This document shows positions 40,340 to 48,901 of a stretch of 64,000 nt of DNA, piece by piece. The notes below the pieces were generated by a model. It was not told where the DNA came from. It ran no database searches and worked only from the letters and a program-made list of their open reading frames with translations. How positions within the stretch are numbered: position 1 is the first letter of the stretch; each line of letters opens with the position of its first letter. Origin of the DNA: an uncultured Verrucomicrobiae bacterium (GTDB lineage Bacteria; Verrucomicrobiota; Verrucomicrobiia; Chthoniobacterales; UBA10450); assembly GCA_963772365.1 (NCBI GenBank), contig CAVYXA010000001.1, positions 1,152,001 through 1,216,000 on the forward strand, written 5' to 3'. Made by a program: the position numbers and the translations under genes.

Positions 40340-41874
40340 TTTGCCAGGGACTCGGGCGGATTCACCATCGCTGACAGCGGCAGCGGCGTAGGCTTTGGCG
40401 GAGGCGTCGGCACGGCGAGTGTCTTGAGTTTTTCGCGCGTGTTTGGTTCGTCAAGCAAGCTCGAGAATTTCACTTCAGTCGCGGTTACGCGGTCGAACTC
40501 GGCCACCGCCGCGATATAACTGTAAAGCGCCTGGAGTCGGGTCGATTGCGCAGTTGTTAATTGAACGCGCGCGTCTAGCACTTCGAGCTGTGTCCCAGCC
40601 CCAGCATCCAATCGTGCCCCGGCGAGACGTAATGCTTCCTCGGCTTGCTCGACATTTTTCTCCTGGCTCTCGTAAGTTTCGCGTGCCTGCTGCATGTTGG
40701 AATAGGTTTGCTGAACTTCCAGCTCGACCTGCCGGCCGGCATCGTCATATGCAATTTTCGATTCCTGGAGCACGGCCTTGGCCTGCTTCATCTGCCCCCA
40801 GGTTTGCCCCCAATCCCAGATCGCCCATGTGCCGGTCGCTCCAAAGATGTAACCCGTGCGCGTGTCGCGGATGTTGTCAGTAAAGGGTGAGCTGCGAAAT
40901 TCGTAGCCGCCGGTCCCATTGATCTGCGGGAAAAATCCGGAACGCGCCACGCGGACCTGCTCGGCGTTGCTGAGGACATTCGCCTTTTGCTGTTTGAGAA
41001 ATGGCCGATTTGTTTTTGCGATTTCGATTGCCTGCCGAATAGGCAGCTCACGCGGCTCATAGTTGAGCTGGCCCACCACTTCGATCGGCGCCAGATCGCG
41101 CAAATTCGGGTTGTAATTGATCCCAAGCGTTTTGGCCAGAGCCAGCTTGGCAAGGCGATAATTGTTCTGAGCCGTGATCAACTGTGGAATCTGGTTCGAG
41201 AGCGCGACCTCGGCCTGCAACACATTAAAACGCGGCACCGTCCCGGCCTCGAACCGATTCTGCTGATCTTTCAACTGACTCTTCAGCAGGTTCACCGATT
41301 GTTCCTGCACTGTGATGAGCTCGCGGTTCAGGATGATCTGGTAGAACTGCTGTTTCACTGTGGAAACAACTTCATCCACAGCGTTTCGAAACGCGTAGTA
41401 GCTGCTGTCCCGTTCGAAATCCGCCATCCGGATTTGAGAAACAATCCTGCCGCCGGCGAAAACGACCTGGGTCGCCTCTATGACCAGTTGATATTGGCGT
41501 TCTGCCTGACCGCTACCGGATGCAAGTCGACCCACACCGGGAATAATGATTGTGCCACCGCCGCCGGTCGAAGTCAGGGAGGGCTGAGTGTCCTGGAAAG
41601 TGGCGTTGGCGTTGATATTGGGTAATGCCTGACCGCGAAACTGAATGTAAATGCCTTTCGTCCGCTCGATCTCCTGACGCTGAGTTTGGATCGCGGGATT
41701 TTGCTGCAGCGCAGTGAGGATTGCCTTTTCCAAAGTGAAAGTGGGAGTCCCGGGAGCCACAATCTCCTCACTGCTAGCGGCCGAGGAATCTTCGGATCCG
41801 GCTTTCACCAGCGTTGTCAGGCCCAGTGAAAAAACTGCAAAAAGCGCGGTGAAGACTCCAGATTTGTTAAACAT
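40336..41874 (-). CDS. TolC family outer membrane efflux protein
   Basis: Signal peptide, TLEKAILTALQQNP, RFEAGTVPRFNVLQAE, AGAGTQLEVLDA. Confidence 0.92.
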   Translation of the reverse strand: MFNKSGVFTALFAVFSLGLTTLVKAGSEDSSAASSEEIVAPGTPTFTLEKAILTALQQNPAIQTQRQEIERTKGIYIQFRGQALPNINANATFQDTQPSLTSTGGGGTIIIPGVGRLASGSGQAERQYQLVIEATQVVFAGGRIVSQIRMADFERDSSYYAFRNAVDEVVSTVKQQFYQIILNRELITVQEQSVNLLKSQLKDQQNRFEAGTVPRFNVLQAEVALSNQIPQLITAQNNYRLAKLALAKTLGINYNPNLRDLAPIEVVGQLNYEPRELPIRQAIEIAKTNRPFLKQQKANVLSNAEQVRVARSGFFPQINGTGGYEFRSSPFTDNIRDTRTGYIFGATGTWAIWDWGQTWGQMKQAKAVLQESKIAYDDAGRQVELEVQQTYSNMQQARETYESQEKNVEQAEEALRLAGARLDAGAGTQLEVLDARVQLTTAQSTRLQALYSYIAAVAEFDRVTATEVKFSSLLDEPNTREKLKTLAVPTPPPKPTPLPLSAMVNPPESLAK

Positions 41875-41910
41875 GTAGGGTTTTGAGCCGAATTCCGAAT
41901 ACTCGAATCC

Positions 41911-42441
41911 TCAGGCTCGTGAAGAAGTTTTGCCGCGCCGCCGCCCGACCGTCGGGACGGCCTGAGGTTGGTTTCGTGACTGACAATAGTTGTAGATCTT
42001 TCCGTAAATGTGGAGCCATGCCTTCTGCTCGTCAGCGGTCAGGTATTCCATGATTTTCATCAGATTGGCGACCATTTCCTCGCGAATGCGTCGCACCAGA
42101 GCCGAGCCTTTGGACGTGATGCAGACCATGACCTTACGTCGGTCCTCCCGTGCGCTCGCCCGCGTGACAAATCTTAGATTCTCCAGTCGCGCCACCAAGC
42201 CGCTCGCGGCTGCAGTGGTGTGCCCCATTTTCTGGGCAATCGCAGACATGGTGATCACTTCTTTTTGATCGAGATATGCGAGGAGAAAAAATTGCGGGAA
42301 CGAAACATTGCCCGGTGCGAGCTCTTTGCACAGATGAAGAACGAAACAGCGCTGCATCTCCAGAACGATGTGGGACAGCCGTTCCGCGTCGGCACGGATT
42401 TGCGTGCTGGAGTCTTGCGGAAGAGACGTTTTGGTATTCAA
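41911..42441 (-). CDS. MarR family transcriptional regulator
   Basis: SFPQFFLL, TMSAIAQKM..AASGLVARLE, EDRRKVMVCITSKG. Start uncertain. Confidence 0.88.
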   Translation of the reverse strand: MNTKTSLPQDSSTQIRADAERLSHIVLEMQRCFVLHLCKELAPGNVSFPQFFLLAYLDQKEVITMSAIAQKMGHTTAAASGLVARLENLRFVTRASAREDRRKVMVCITSKGSALVRRIREEMVANLMKIMEYLTADEQKAWLHIYGKIYNYCQSRNQPQAVPTVGRRRGKTSSRA

Positions 42442-42564
42442 CGGGCTAAAGCTAGAAGCGACCCATAAGCTGTCAACCGACCACGGGACAAAGAAATTGC
42501 ATTCCAAGCCAGGCAGTCTCATCGCTCGGTAAGATGCACCGGCGGGCGCGATTGGATTCGCGAT

Positions 42565-43746
42565 TTACAAAAAGAATTGCACCTGCACAATCGCGCCGCG
42601 CTTGATCCTTTCGCCCGGCTCCAACCGCAACAAGGCGTTGGATCGACTTAGACCGAAGAGCGCGTGGGATTCCTGTCGACCCACTGGAGCAAATGTTCCG
42701 TTGTCGATCCTGCCGCGAAAGTAATGCGCTCGATCGCCGTCGTTGATAAGATCGACAGTCAATTCGGTCCGCGTAGAGGGCAGATCGAGGTCCGTTGCGC
42801 CCATCATTTTCAAAATCGCCGGCCGGACGAACACCGCGAAAGTGACGAATGCCGAGACTGGATTTCCCGGCAAACCGAAGACCAAACAATTTTCCAATTG
42901 TCCAAACAGAAATGGCTTTCCCGGCTTGATCGCCACTCGCCAGATGTCGATCTTCGCGCCTAACTCGCCCAACACATCTTTCACCAGATCGTGTTCGCCG
43001 ACCGAGACCCCGCCCGTGATAATAAGAATGGAATTCTTGGCGCCTTCTTTAATTGCTTTGGAAAGCGAATCGCGGTCGTCGCGACAATGTTTTGTGGACT
43101 TCACCGCCGCACCCGAGCGCTGAACCAATGCTTGCAGCAACGCCGAATTGCTGTCGTAAATCTGGCCGGGTTGAAGTGGTTCTCCGATCTCCGCCAGCTC
43201 GTCACCGGTGGAAATAATTGCCGCACTTGCTTCGCCGCCGACTGAGACTTCACGAAAACCCTGCGACGCCAGCAACGCGACAATCGTCGAGCAGATTCGT
43301 TCGCCTTTACTCAAAATTTTCTGGCCGTCGCTCAAGTCGCAACCGCGCCGGCGGATGAACTCGCCAGGATCGACATCGCCCTTCACCACGATCTCGTCAC
43401 CCGTACGATCGACATCTTCCTGCATCACGACCGCGTCCGCGCCGGTGGGGATCGGCGCACCCGTGAAAATCCGAACCGTTTCACCGGAGGAAATTTTGAG
43501 ATGTCGATCTTGTCCGGCCGGCTGTTCGCCGACGACCCGCAATCGCACACCGGTTTTACAATCATTCGCGATCACGGCATAGCCGTCCATGGCCGAATTG
43601 TCGAAGACCGGCAGCTGCAGGTGCGCGTAACAATCTTCCGCGGCGAAACTATCAAGCGCATCGAGCAACGAAATTTCCCGCGACGGCAAAGGCGAGATCG
43701 CTTTCAAAATCTTTTGGCGTGCTTCTTCCTCGCTAATCATGGGCAA
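42565..43746 (-). CDS. moeA: Molybdopterin molybdotransferase
   Basis: FDNSAMDGYA, RIFTGAPIP, STGDEL, TGGVSVGEHD, GLPGNPVS. Confidence 0.96.
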   Translation of the reverse strand: MPMISEEEARQKILKAISPLPSREISLLDALDSFAAEDCYAHLQLPVFDNSAMDGYAVIANDCKTGVRLRVVGEQPAGQDRHLKISSGETVRIFTGAPIPTGADAVVMQEDVDRTGDEIVVKGDVDPGEFIRRRGCDLSDGQKILSKGERICSTIVALLASQGFREVSVGGEASAAIISTGDELAEIGEPLQPGQIYDSNSALLQALVQRSGAAVKSTKHCRDDRDSLSKAIKEGAKNSILIITGGVSVGEHDLVKDVLGELGAKIDIWRVAIKPGKPFLFGQLENCLVFGLPGNPVSAFVTFAVFVRPAILKMMGATDLDLPSTRTELTVDLINDGDRAHYFRGRIDNGTFAPVGRQESHALFGLSRSNALLRLEPGERIKRGAIVQVQFFL

Positions 43747-43755
43747 TGCTAGTTT

Positions 43756-43822
43756 TGTAGCGGCGGTCTATGACCGTCGCAAACTTTGTCTCAAAAGTCG
43801 GTGGTCACAGGCCGCCGCTACA
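43756..43822. repeat. Family B REP doublet
   Basis: tgtagcggcggtctatgaccgtcg..cggtggtcacaggccgccgctaca. Confidence 0.85.
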
Positions 43823-43880
43823 GGCGCCGAGGATGTTTGACGATTATCTTGTCCACCTCATATTCCCAGAGTTCATTTTT

Positions 43881-43968
43881 GGTGAGGTGGCTGAGTGGTC
43901 GAAAGCAGCGCTTTGCTAAAGCGCCGTACCTCAAAAGGGTACCGAGGGTTCGAATCCCTCCCTCACCG
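43881..43968 (+). tRNA. tRNA-Ser(GCT)
   Basis: Acceptor GGTGAGG/CCTCACC+G, anticodon arm GCGCT-TTGCTAA-AGCGC, long variable arm, GGTTCGAATCC; CCA not encoded. Confidence 0.96.
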
Positions 43969-44237
43969 AGCCTTAGTGAGGTGAGGGAATTTATAATCAG
44001 GACCTCAATTTCGGATGGCGCGGGACCGCAATCCCTCCCTCACCGAGCCTTTTTCATTCGACGTTCGGCGTTCGATGTTTGATTTCGCCTCTTGCTCCTG
44101 CTCGTCCCATTTCAGCTTTCAGCATCTCAGCGTTTCAGCTTTCCCTGATCTCGCTCGTGATCGCCCATTTCATCGTTTCAGCTTTAATTTCCTGCGGTAT
44201 TTCTCGCTATCGGGTCAATGTCTGCGATTGGTATCGC

Positions 44238-44423
44238 ATGCCACTGGAGTCTTGTCCCACTTGCGGCTACGCGCTTTCAATCGTCGATCATCATTGCCGT
44301 CATTGTGGTATCGCATCGCGGGCAATTCCATCGCAGCCTTTTGATGTGAAACACCCGCAGCAAATGATTATTACTGCCGTGGTGGTGTTAAGCGTTATCG
44401 TTTACTTGATCTTCTTTCGCTAA
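44238..44423 (+). CDS. Small zinc-ribbon membrane protein
   Basis: CPTCG..CRHCG and a C-terminal TM helix; 61 aa. Confidence 0.6.
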   Translation: MPLESCPTCGYALSIVDHHCRHCGIASRAIPSQPFDVKHPQQMIITAVVVLSVIVYLIFFR

Positions 44424-44625
44424 CGAAAAGCCGCTAAGAAGGCGGATTTCGTGCGCTAAGCCCGGAACCTGTATTTCAGCACGTCGGCGTTTCCGCTTTT
44501 CAAGAGTGTCAAGAATTTGCTGCCTGATCCCTAATTGCTAATTGTCCCTAATTGTGCCATGAAAATCTCAGTCGGGGACGGATCTTGCTCTTTGCACCAG
44601 TCTCGAACAAACTGCGCAAGCATTC

Positions 44626-45315
44626 ATGGTCACAGACGAGGAGGACGTTAGAGAGCTGCCGGCATACGGGATATCCGAAGCTGCGCACTACCTTCTTGTT
44701 CCGCGGGCGACCTTGCGTTCGTGGGTCGCGGGAATGTCGTACCGCACTGGCTTTTTCAAACCGATGATTCAGCCGGCAGCGAAATCACCGGTCGCTCTTT
44801 CATTCATCAATTTGATTGAAGCCCATGTGCTCGCTGCCATTCGGCGAAAGCACCGCATCGACATGGCCGACGTTCGCCGCACAATCGTTTTTCTGAAAAA
44901 GGAATTTGGATCGAAACACCCTCTCGCGGATCACAAGTTCGAAACAAACGGTGTCGATTTGTTCGTCGAACACTTGGGCGAATTTATTTCCGCATCTGAA
45001 GGTGGGCAGATTGCCGTGAGAAATATTTTGAAGGCGCACCTGCGCAGAATAGAGCGCGATGACAAGGGTTTTCCGTTGCGCCTTTACCCGTTCACGCGAG
45101 TAGACGAAGCCGACCAACCAAGGAATATCGTCATAGACCCGTTCATCTCGTCTGGTAAAGCCGTGATTGCTGGTACCGGCGTGAGCACCAACATCGTTGC
45201 TGAACGTTTCAAGGCCGGCGAGTCCGCGGATGAGCTGGCGCACGACTACGGCTGCGTCCGCGAAAAGATTGAAGAAGCGATCCGCTGCGAGCTCTATTTC
45301 GCGCAAGCCGCCTGA
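44626..45315 (+). CDS. DUF433-domain antitoxin (VapB45-like)
   Basis: AYGISEAAHYL.VPRATLRSW, LSFINLIEAHVL, IVIDPFISSGKAVIAGTGV..AGESADELAHDY. Confidence 0.85.
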   Translation: MVTDEEDVRELPAYGISEAAHYLLVPRATLRSWVAGMSYRTGFFKPMIQPAAKSPVALSFINLIEAHVLAAIRRKHRIDMADVRRTIVFLKKEFGSKHPLADHKFETNGVDLFVEHLGEFISASEGGQIAVRNILKAHLRRIERDDKGFPLRLYPFTRVDEADQPRNIVIDPFISSGKAVIAGTGVSTNIVAERFKAGESADELAHDYGCVREKIEEAIRCELYFAQAA

Positions 45316-45349
45316 AGAATTAACTTTCTTTCTCGACCGCTAGCTTGGG
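45296..45349 (+). pseudogene. Stub of cognate PIN (VapC45-like) toxin
   Basis: Overlapping frame reads SRKPPEELTFFLDR*LG, matching the FFLDRxLG PIN N-terminus; the rest is absent. Confidence 0.6.
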
Positions 45350-45371
45350 CTCGCAAACCCTTCTCCGTCGG

Positions 45372-45683
45372 TTATGCGTCAACGCGACCGTCGATCTTGC
45401 TTAGGCCAAGATCGATTGCTGCCTGAACTAGTGCTTGGATCACGGGATTGCATCCCTTAAAGACAAGACGCTTCAAGATATCGGATCCGTGTTGCTCGAT
45501 AAGTCCGGCAATCAGTCCATTGATAAAGGAGCTGTTTGCCGTCCGCACACCGGTGAAATCGAGCACGATTTCGCTGTGGAGGTCGACATATGGATCGATC
45601 CGGCCCCGGCGATAATCCGCCGCCGCGGAGCCGTCCGCAAGGTGGCTCCCGAGGTCGCTGGCGATATGCAGCTCCATTTTCAT
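45372..45683 (-). CDS. STAS-like (DUF4325) protein
   Basis: IVLDFTGVRTANSSFINGLIAGL..LVFKG.N. Confidence 0.75.
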   Translation of the reverse strand: MKMELHIASDLGSHLADGSAAADYRRGRIDPYVDLHSEIVLDFTGVRTANSSFINGLIAGLIEQHGSDILKRLVFKGCNPVIQALVQAAIDLGLSKIDGRVDA

Positions 45684-45737
45684 ATTCGAAATCTAGCGTC
45701 TATCGTGCCGACGGCGCAAAAGTCCAGCCGAGCTCTG

Positions 45738-46109
45738 TCAGATCCTAAGCGCCAGCTGCTCTCCCGGTAATTCGAGAAATAGTCGCAACTGTTTTTCGAT
45801 CTCTTTAATTAACTGCGGGCCGAACCGACCAATGGTATGAACGACGAGCTTTTTGTTGAGGGTAAAGATTTTGTCGATTCTCACCGCGGAATTGAATCGT
45901 AAGCCCGTTGTTATAAACTCCGGGTGAGAGTTTTGCACAACGAAATCAAATGGACTTCGTCGCGAAGTGTTTGTTGTGATCAAAACGAACACCGCGTCTT
46001 GACTCGTTTGATTGTAGGAATCTGGTGAGATTATTACCGCCGGGCGGACCTTAGTCGCCGAAAGATCGGTAAAAGGATAGCTCAGGACAACGACATCCCA
46101 TTTGTTCAT
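45738..46109 (-). CDS. PemK/MazF family toxin
   Basis: WDVVVLSYPFTDLSATKVRPAVIIS, ITTN, GLRFNSAVRIDKIFTL. Confidence 0.88.
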   Translation of the reverse strand: MNKWDVVVLSYPFTDLSATKVRPAVIISPDSYNQTSQDAVFVLITTNTSRRSPFDFVVQNSHPEFITTGLRFNSAVRIDKIFTLNKKLVVHTIGRFGPQLIKEIEKQLRLFLELPGEQLALRI

Positions 46110-46366
46110 TCATTCTTTTGCAGCAGGTCGTTGTAACCGTCCTCTTCCGTGCTGTCGAGAAATTCAAATGTGCCGGCCTTCTCTGCAGCCACGAGAAGCT
46201 CCGAATCAGATAGTCCTGTTGCGGCGACCGCCACGATGGTCGGCAACGTCAGCCGAAATTCGAAGTAGGTCGTGTGCAGTCTGCTTCCTTCGCCTTTCGC
46301 CTGATTTTGAGGCGGCGCGTCGGTAAGCGGATGAAAATATGGCGTTTCCTTAGTTATGGTCGGCAT
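46106..46366 (-). CDS. Putative antitoxin (acidic C-terminus)
   Basis: Overlaps toxin start; ends GTFEFLDSTEEDGYNDL. Confidence 0.6.
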   Translation of the reverse strand: MPTITKETPYFHPLTDAPPQNQAKGEGSRLHTTYFEFRLTLPTIVAVAATGLSDSELLVAAEKAGTFEFLDSTEEDGYNDLLQKNE

Positions 46367-46375
46367 ACAAACTCT

Positions 46376-46780
46376 TTAGGCAGCTTTCATCATACCAACC
46401 TCGAACCGGCTCTGCAAGATAAGCTCGCCGTCACACAAAAACTCAATGCTATGGAGGCCGGGTTTAGCAAAAGTCACGTTGTTAAACTGAAAACTCATCT
46501 CCACCACATGATTTGGATCCTGGAATGGAATTGCACCTTTCATGGCAAAAATCTCGGTATTTTGATCTGTTTCATTAACGCATTTGATCTCGGCCTCGGC
46601 TGTGCCACGGCCATTCGTGACCGCGACGAAAAGCGTCAATCGCGGATGCACGCAAGGAAATCTGCTTGCCAACACTTGGTTGAAAGTGCTGACGAGAGTT
46701 TTTTCGTGCGTCACGGCGTCGGTGATCACTCGGTCACAGATGATTAACGCGATTCCAATCGGCTTGTCTGCGGATGCCAT
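46376..46780 (-). CDS. Hypothetical beta-rich protein (DUF6941-like)
   Basis: ICDRVITD..KTLVSTFN..FP..HP, F.KPG.H.IEF..DGE pattern. Confidence 0.65.
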   Translation of the reverse strand: MASADKPIGIALIICDRVITDAVTHEKTLVSTFNQVLASRFPCVHPRLTLFVAVTNGRGTAEAEIKCVNETDQNTEIFAMKGAIPFQDPNHVVEMSFQFNNVTFAKPGLHSIEFLCDGELILQSRFEVGMMKAA

Positions 46781-46815
46781 GCGTCTCGCAGACTAGCGAT
46801 GCGAGCTTGAGAAAG

Positions 46816-48201
46816 TCAATCTGTTCGCAAACCAATCGGATCAACCGCCAATTTACCTCTCCGTCGCGGCTTTTCAGAACTAGCTTTCTGCGCTCCAATT
46901 CGTTCCAGCAAAACTGAAGCAGGTTCGTCGTTTGGATCTTGGGGGACAAGTTCGCCGCGGAAGGCTTTGGCGAGAATCGATTGGGTGAGATTGTCGATGT
47001 ACCCTTTGGCTTTGGCATAGCGCGCTTCAATCTGGTCGGCCAGCGCAAACAACTCCTCCACTCGGCGCACGATTTCTTTTTGCTCGGCCAGCGGCGCGAT
47101 CGGAAACTCAAGCTCCCGGAATCGACGTTTGTTGATGATCGGTAGGGTTGTCGACGATGACTCTTCAATGATTCGTCGCTGGAAATATGGCGAGGAGCAG
47201 TAGAGAAAGGTGAAGCTCGGCTCGACATTATCGCTAGGCAGAATTGAATTGATTTGTTGATTGGTCGCACCGCGCACGCGAAGTAAACCTGTTTTTCCGA
47301 TCGTCGCGCCAATAGACGTTACGCATGTGGTCATAGATGGAAGCAATCGCGCGTGTTTCTCCCCCTTCGTGGAAAGCCATTCGCGCGCTTCGCGAACATA
47401 CGCTCCTGCATCCAAGTCGGTCGGCTTGAAGAACGGACAATCAGTTGATCTGTCGCTGTAATTCTCTGCGTACTTTTTAGGTGGTGTCGTTCCAGTTTCA
47501 ACTGTCAACACCGTTCCAAGTCGTTTCCACCGCCAAGTCTGCGGGAGCTGAATCGAGCCATCGGTTTGATCATCGCTGAATTGGATTTTAATTTTTTCGT
47601 TGCGTTCGCGCCAATCGGCGGTGAGGCGGCCGGAGCAGGCGGCAGCGAGGACGGATTGGCGAAAGCGTTTGAGCAGGACGAAAATTTTCGTCAGCCGTTG
47701 GCGACATGCATCCACTTTGCCTAACAGCTGCTCAAGTTTCGCCACAATCCGACGCTGCTCGTTCAGCGGAGGGAGGGGAACTCCGATCTCTTCTAAATCG
47801 GACTTGCTGATTTGGGTGAATGTCGATCCCGTTCCCTGTGTCGCGAGCCAAGGTTCAATGCTACGCAGGTAGGAAAGTAGATAGTGAGGCGGAATGCCAT
47901 CGCGCGGACGAATCCCCGCTAATCCGCGGCCGATGCACGAGCGTTCGCGGGAAAGATTCGTTGGGCCAACAGGTGCCCGAACCGAAATCAGGATATCGCC
48001 AACCTCAGCAACTTTGTTTGGGTGTGAGCAGAACTTCCGAGGAGTCGGATACAATTCGCCGAACTCCGCCTTGCCTTGGAAAAACGGAAGGCCTTCACCG
48101 ATTGTATTGTAAGTAGTGGACGGAGGCGACTGCCCCATGTTTAAGGCGGCGATTTGCGACAGCGCAACTTCTATCCAGCCCTGTGGCAGCTCGTCGCTCA
48201 T
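46816..48201 (-). CDS. hsdS: Type I R-M specificity subunit
   Basis: MSDELPQGW, two TRDs, PLPPLNEQRRIVAKLE, PIAPLAEQKEIVRRVE, SILAKAFRGEL. Confidence 0.95.
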   Translation of the reverse strand: MSDELPQGWIEVALSQIAALNMGQSPPSTTYNTIGEGLPFFQGKAEFGELYPTPRKFCSHPNKVAEVGDILISVRAPVGPTNLSRERSCIGRGLAGIRPRDGIPPHYLLSYLRSIEPWLATQGTGSTFTQISKSDLEEIGVPLPPLNEQRRIVAKLEQLLGKVDACRQRLTKIFVLLKRFRQSVLAAACSGRLTADWRERNEKIKIQFSDDQTDGSIQLPQTWRWKRLGTVLTVETGTTPPKKYAENYSDRSTDCPFFKPTDLDAGAYVREAREWLSTKGEKHARLLPSMTTCVTSIGATIGKTGLLRVRGATNQQINSILPSDNVEPSFTFLYCSSPYFQRRIIEESSSTTLPIINKRRFRELEFPIAPLAEQKEIVRRVEELFALADQIEARYAKAKGYIDNLTQSILAKAFRGELVPQDPNDEPASVLLERIGAQKASSEKPRRRGKLAVDPIGLRTD

Positions 48202-48218
48202 CGCAGCGGACCCCATAC

Positions 48219-48536
48219 TCAGGCAGATCGACCCAGCCACCTGAATACGGCGGTTTCGACTTCGATAACTTGCGCTGAGGTAAGCGCACCGAGTTTGCGA
48301 ATCGCGCGAGCGGTCGGATACGTGGCGATGCTTTGGGCAACGAATGCGCCCTCTTTGAGAAAGGGAACGTCTATTTTAATTTCGAATTGCGAGCCGCGAA
48401 GACTGGTGGTGTGGAAGACAACAGTGATAACGGCGCGGTCGGTGTCGGCAAAGGGCCCACTGAGAATGAGAACAGGCCGGATCTTCTCGACCATGCCGCA
48501 ATCGAAAAGCCAGACTTCGCCGCGTTTAAGAGGCAC
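48219..48536 (-). CDS. PemK/MazF family toxin
   Basis: KRGEVWLFDCG..KIRPVLILS, RKLG.L..VE.AV. Confidence 0.85.
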   Translation of the reverse strand: MPLKRGEVWLFDCGMVEKIRPVLILSGPFADTDRAVITVVFHTTSLRGSQFEIKIDVPFLKEGAFVAQSIATYPTARAIRKLGALTSAQVIEVETAVFRWLGRSA

Positions 48537-48714
48537 GTTCTTCCTCGTCGAGCATCGCCGCGAGCGCATCAGCAGCGGCAGCAACCGTCTCATCGGTGAG
48601 CGGCCCGGAGTCCCACGGCGGTAGATGATCAATCACCTCGCGCACGAACTCCTGTTTTTCCTCGGCAGGTAACGCCTCAAACTCGGAAAGCAATTTTGCA
48701 GTGGCGGTACTCAT
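48526..48714 (-). CDS. Putative antitoxin
   Basis: Small acidic 62-aa ORF overlapping the toxin start. Confidence 0.7.
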   Translation of the reverse strand: MSTATAKLLSEFEALPAEEKQEFVREVIDHLPPWDSGPLTDETVAAAADALAAMLDEEERAS

Positions 48715-48770
48715 GTTAGAAATTTAGCGAATCTTGATCCGCTTGTCAGGTGCGAAGTTCCTAACATCGA

Positions 48771-48860
48771 TCATTTCTCGACGAGTTCTTCTTTCTCCAC
48801 AAGATCGACAATCTCGCGGAGATCATCGACCACGGCTTCCAATTCGGTGATGGCTTCCGC
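48771..48860 (-). pseudogene. Orphan 3' end of a second hsdM allele
   Basis: AEAITELEAVVDDLREIVDLVEKEELVEK* versus HsdM end SEAVTELESVVDDLKEIIALVETEEAVET*; 20 of 29 identical. Confidence 0.85.
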
Positions 48861-48901
48861 CTTCGGCAAGCCTACGGCGGACACGTCGCTTCGTCGGAGG
48901 C

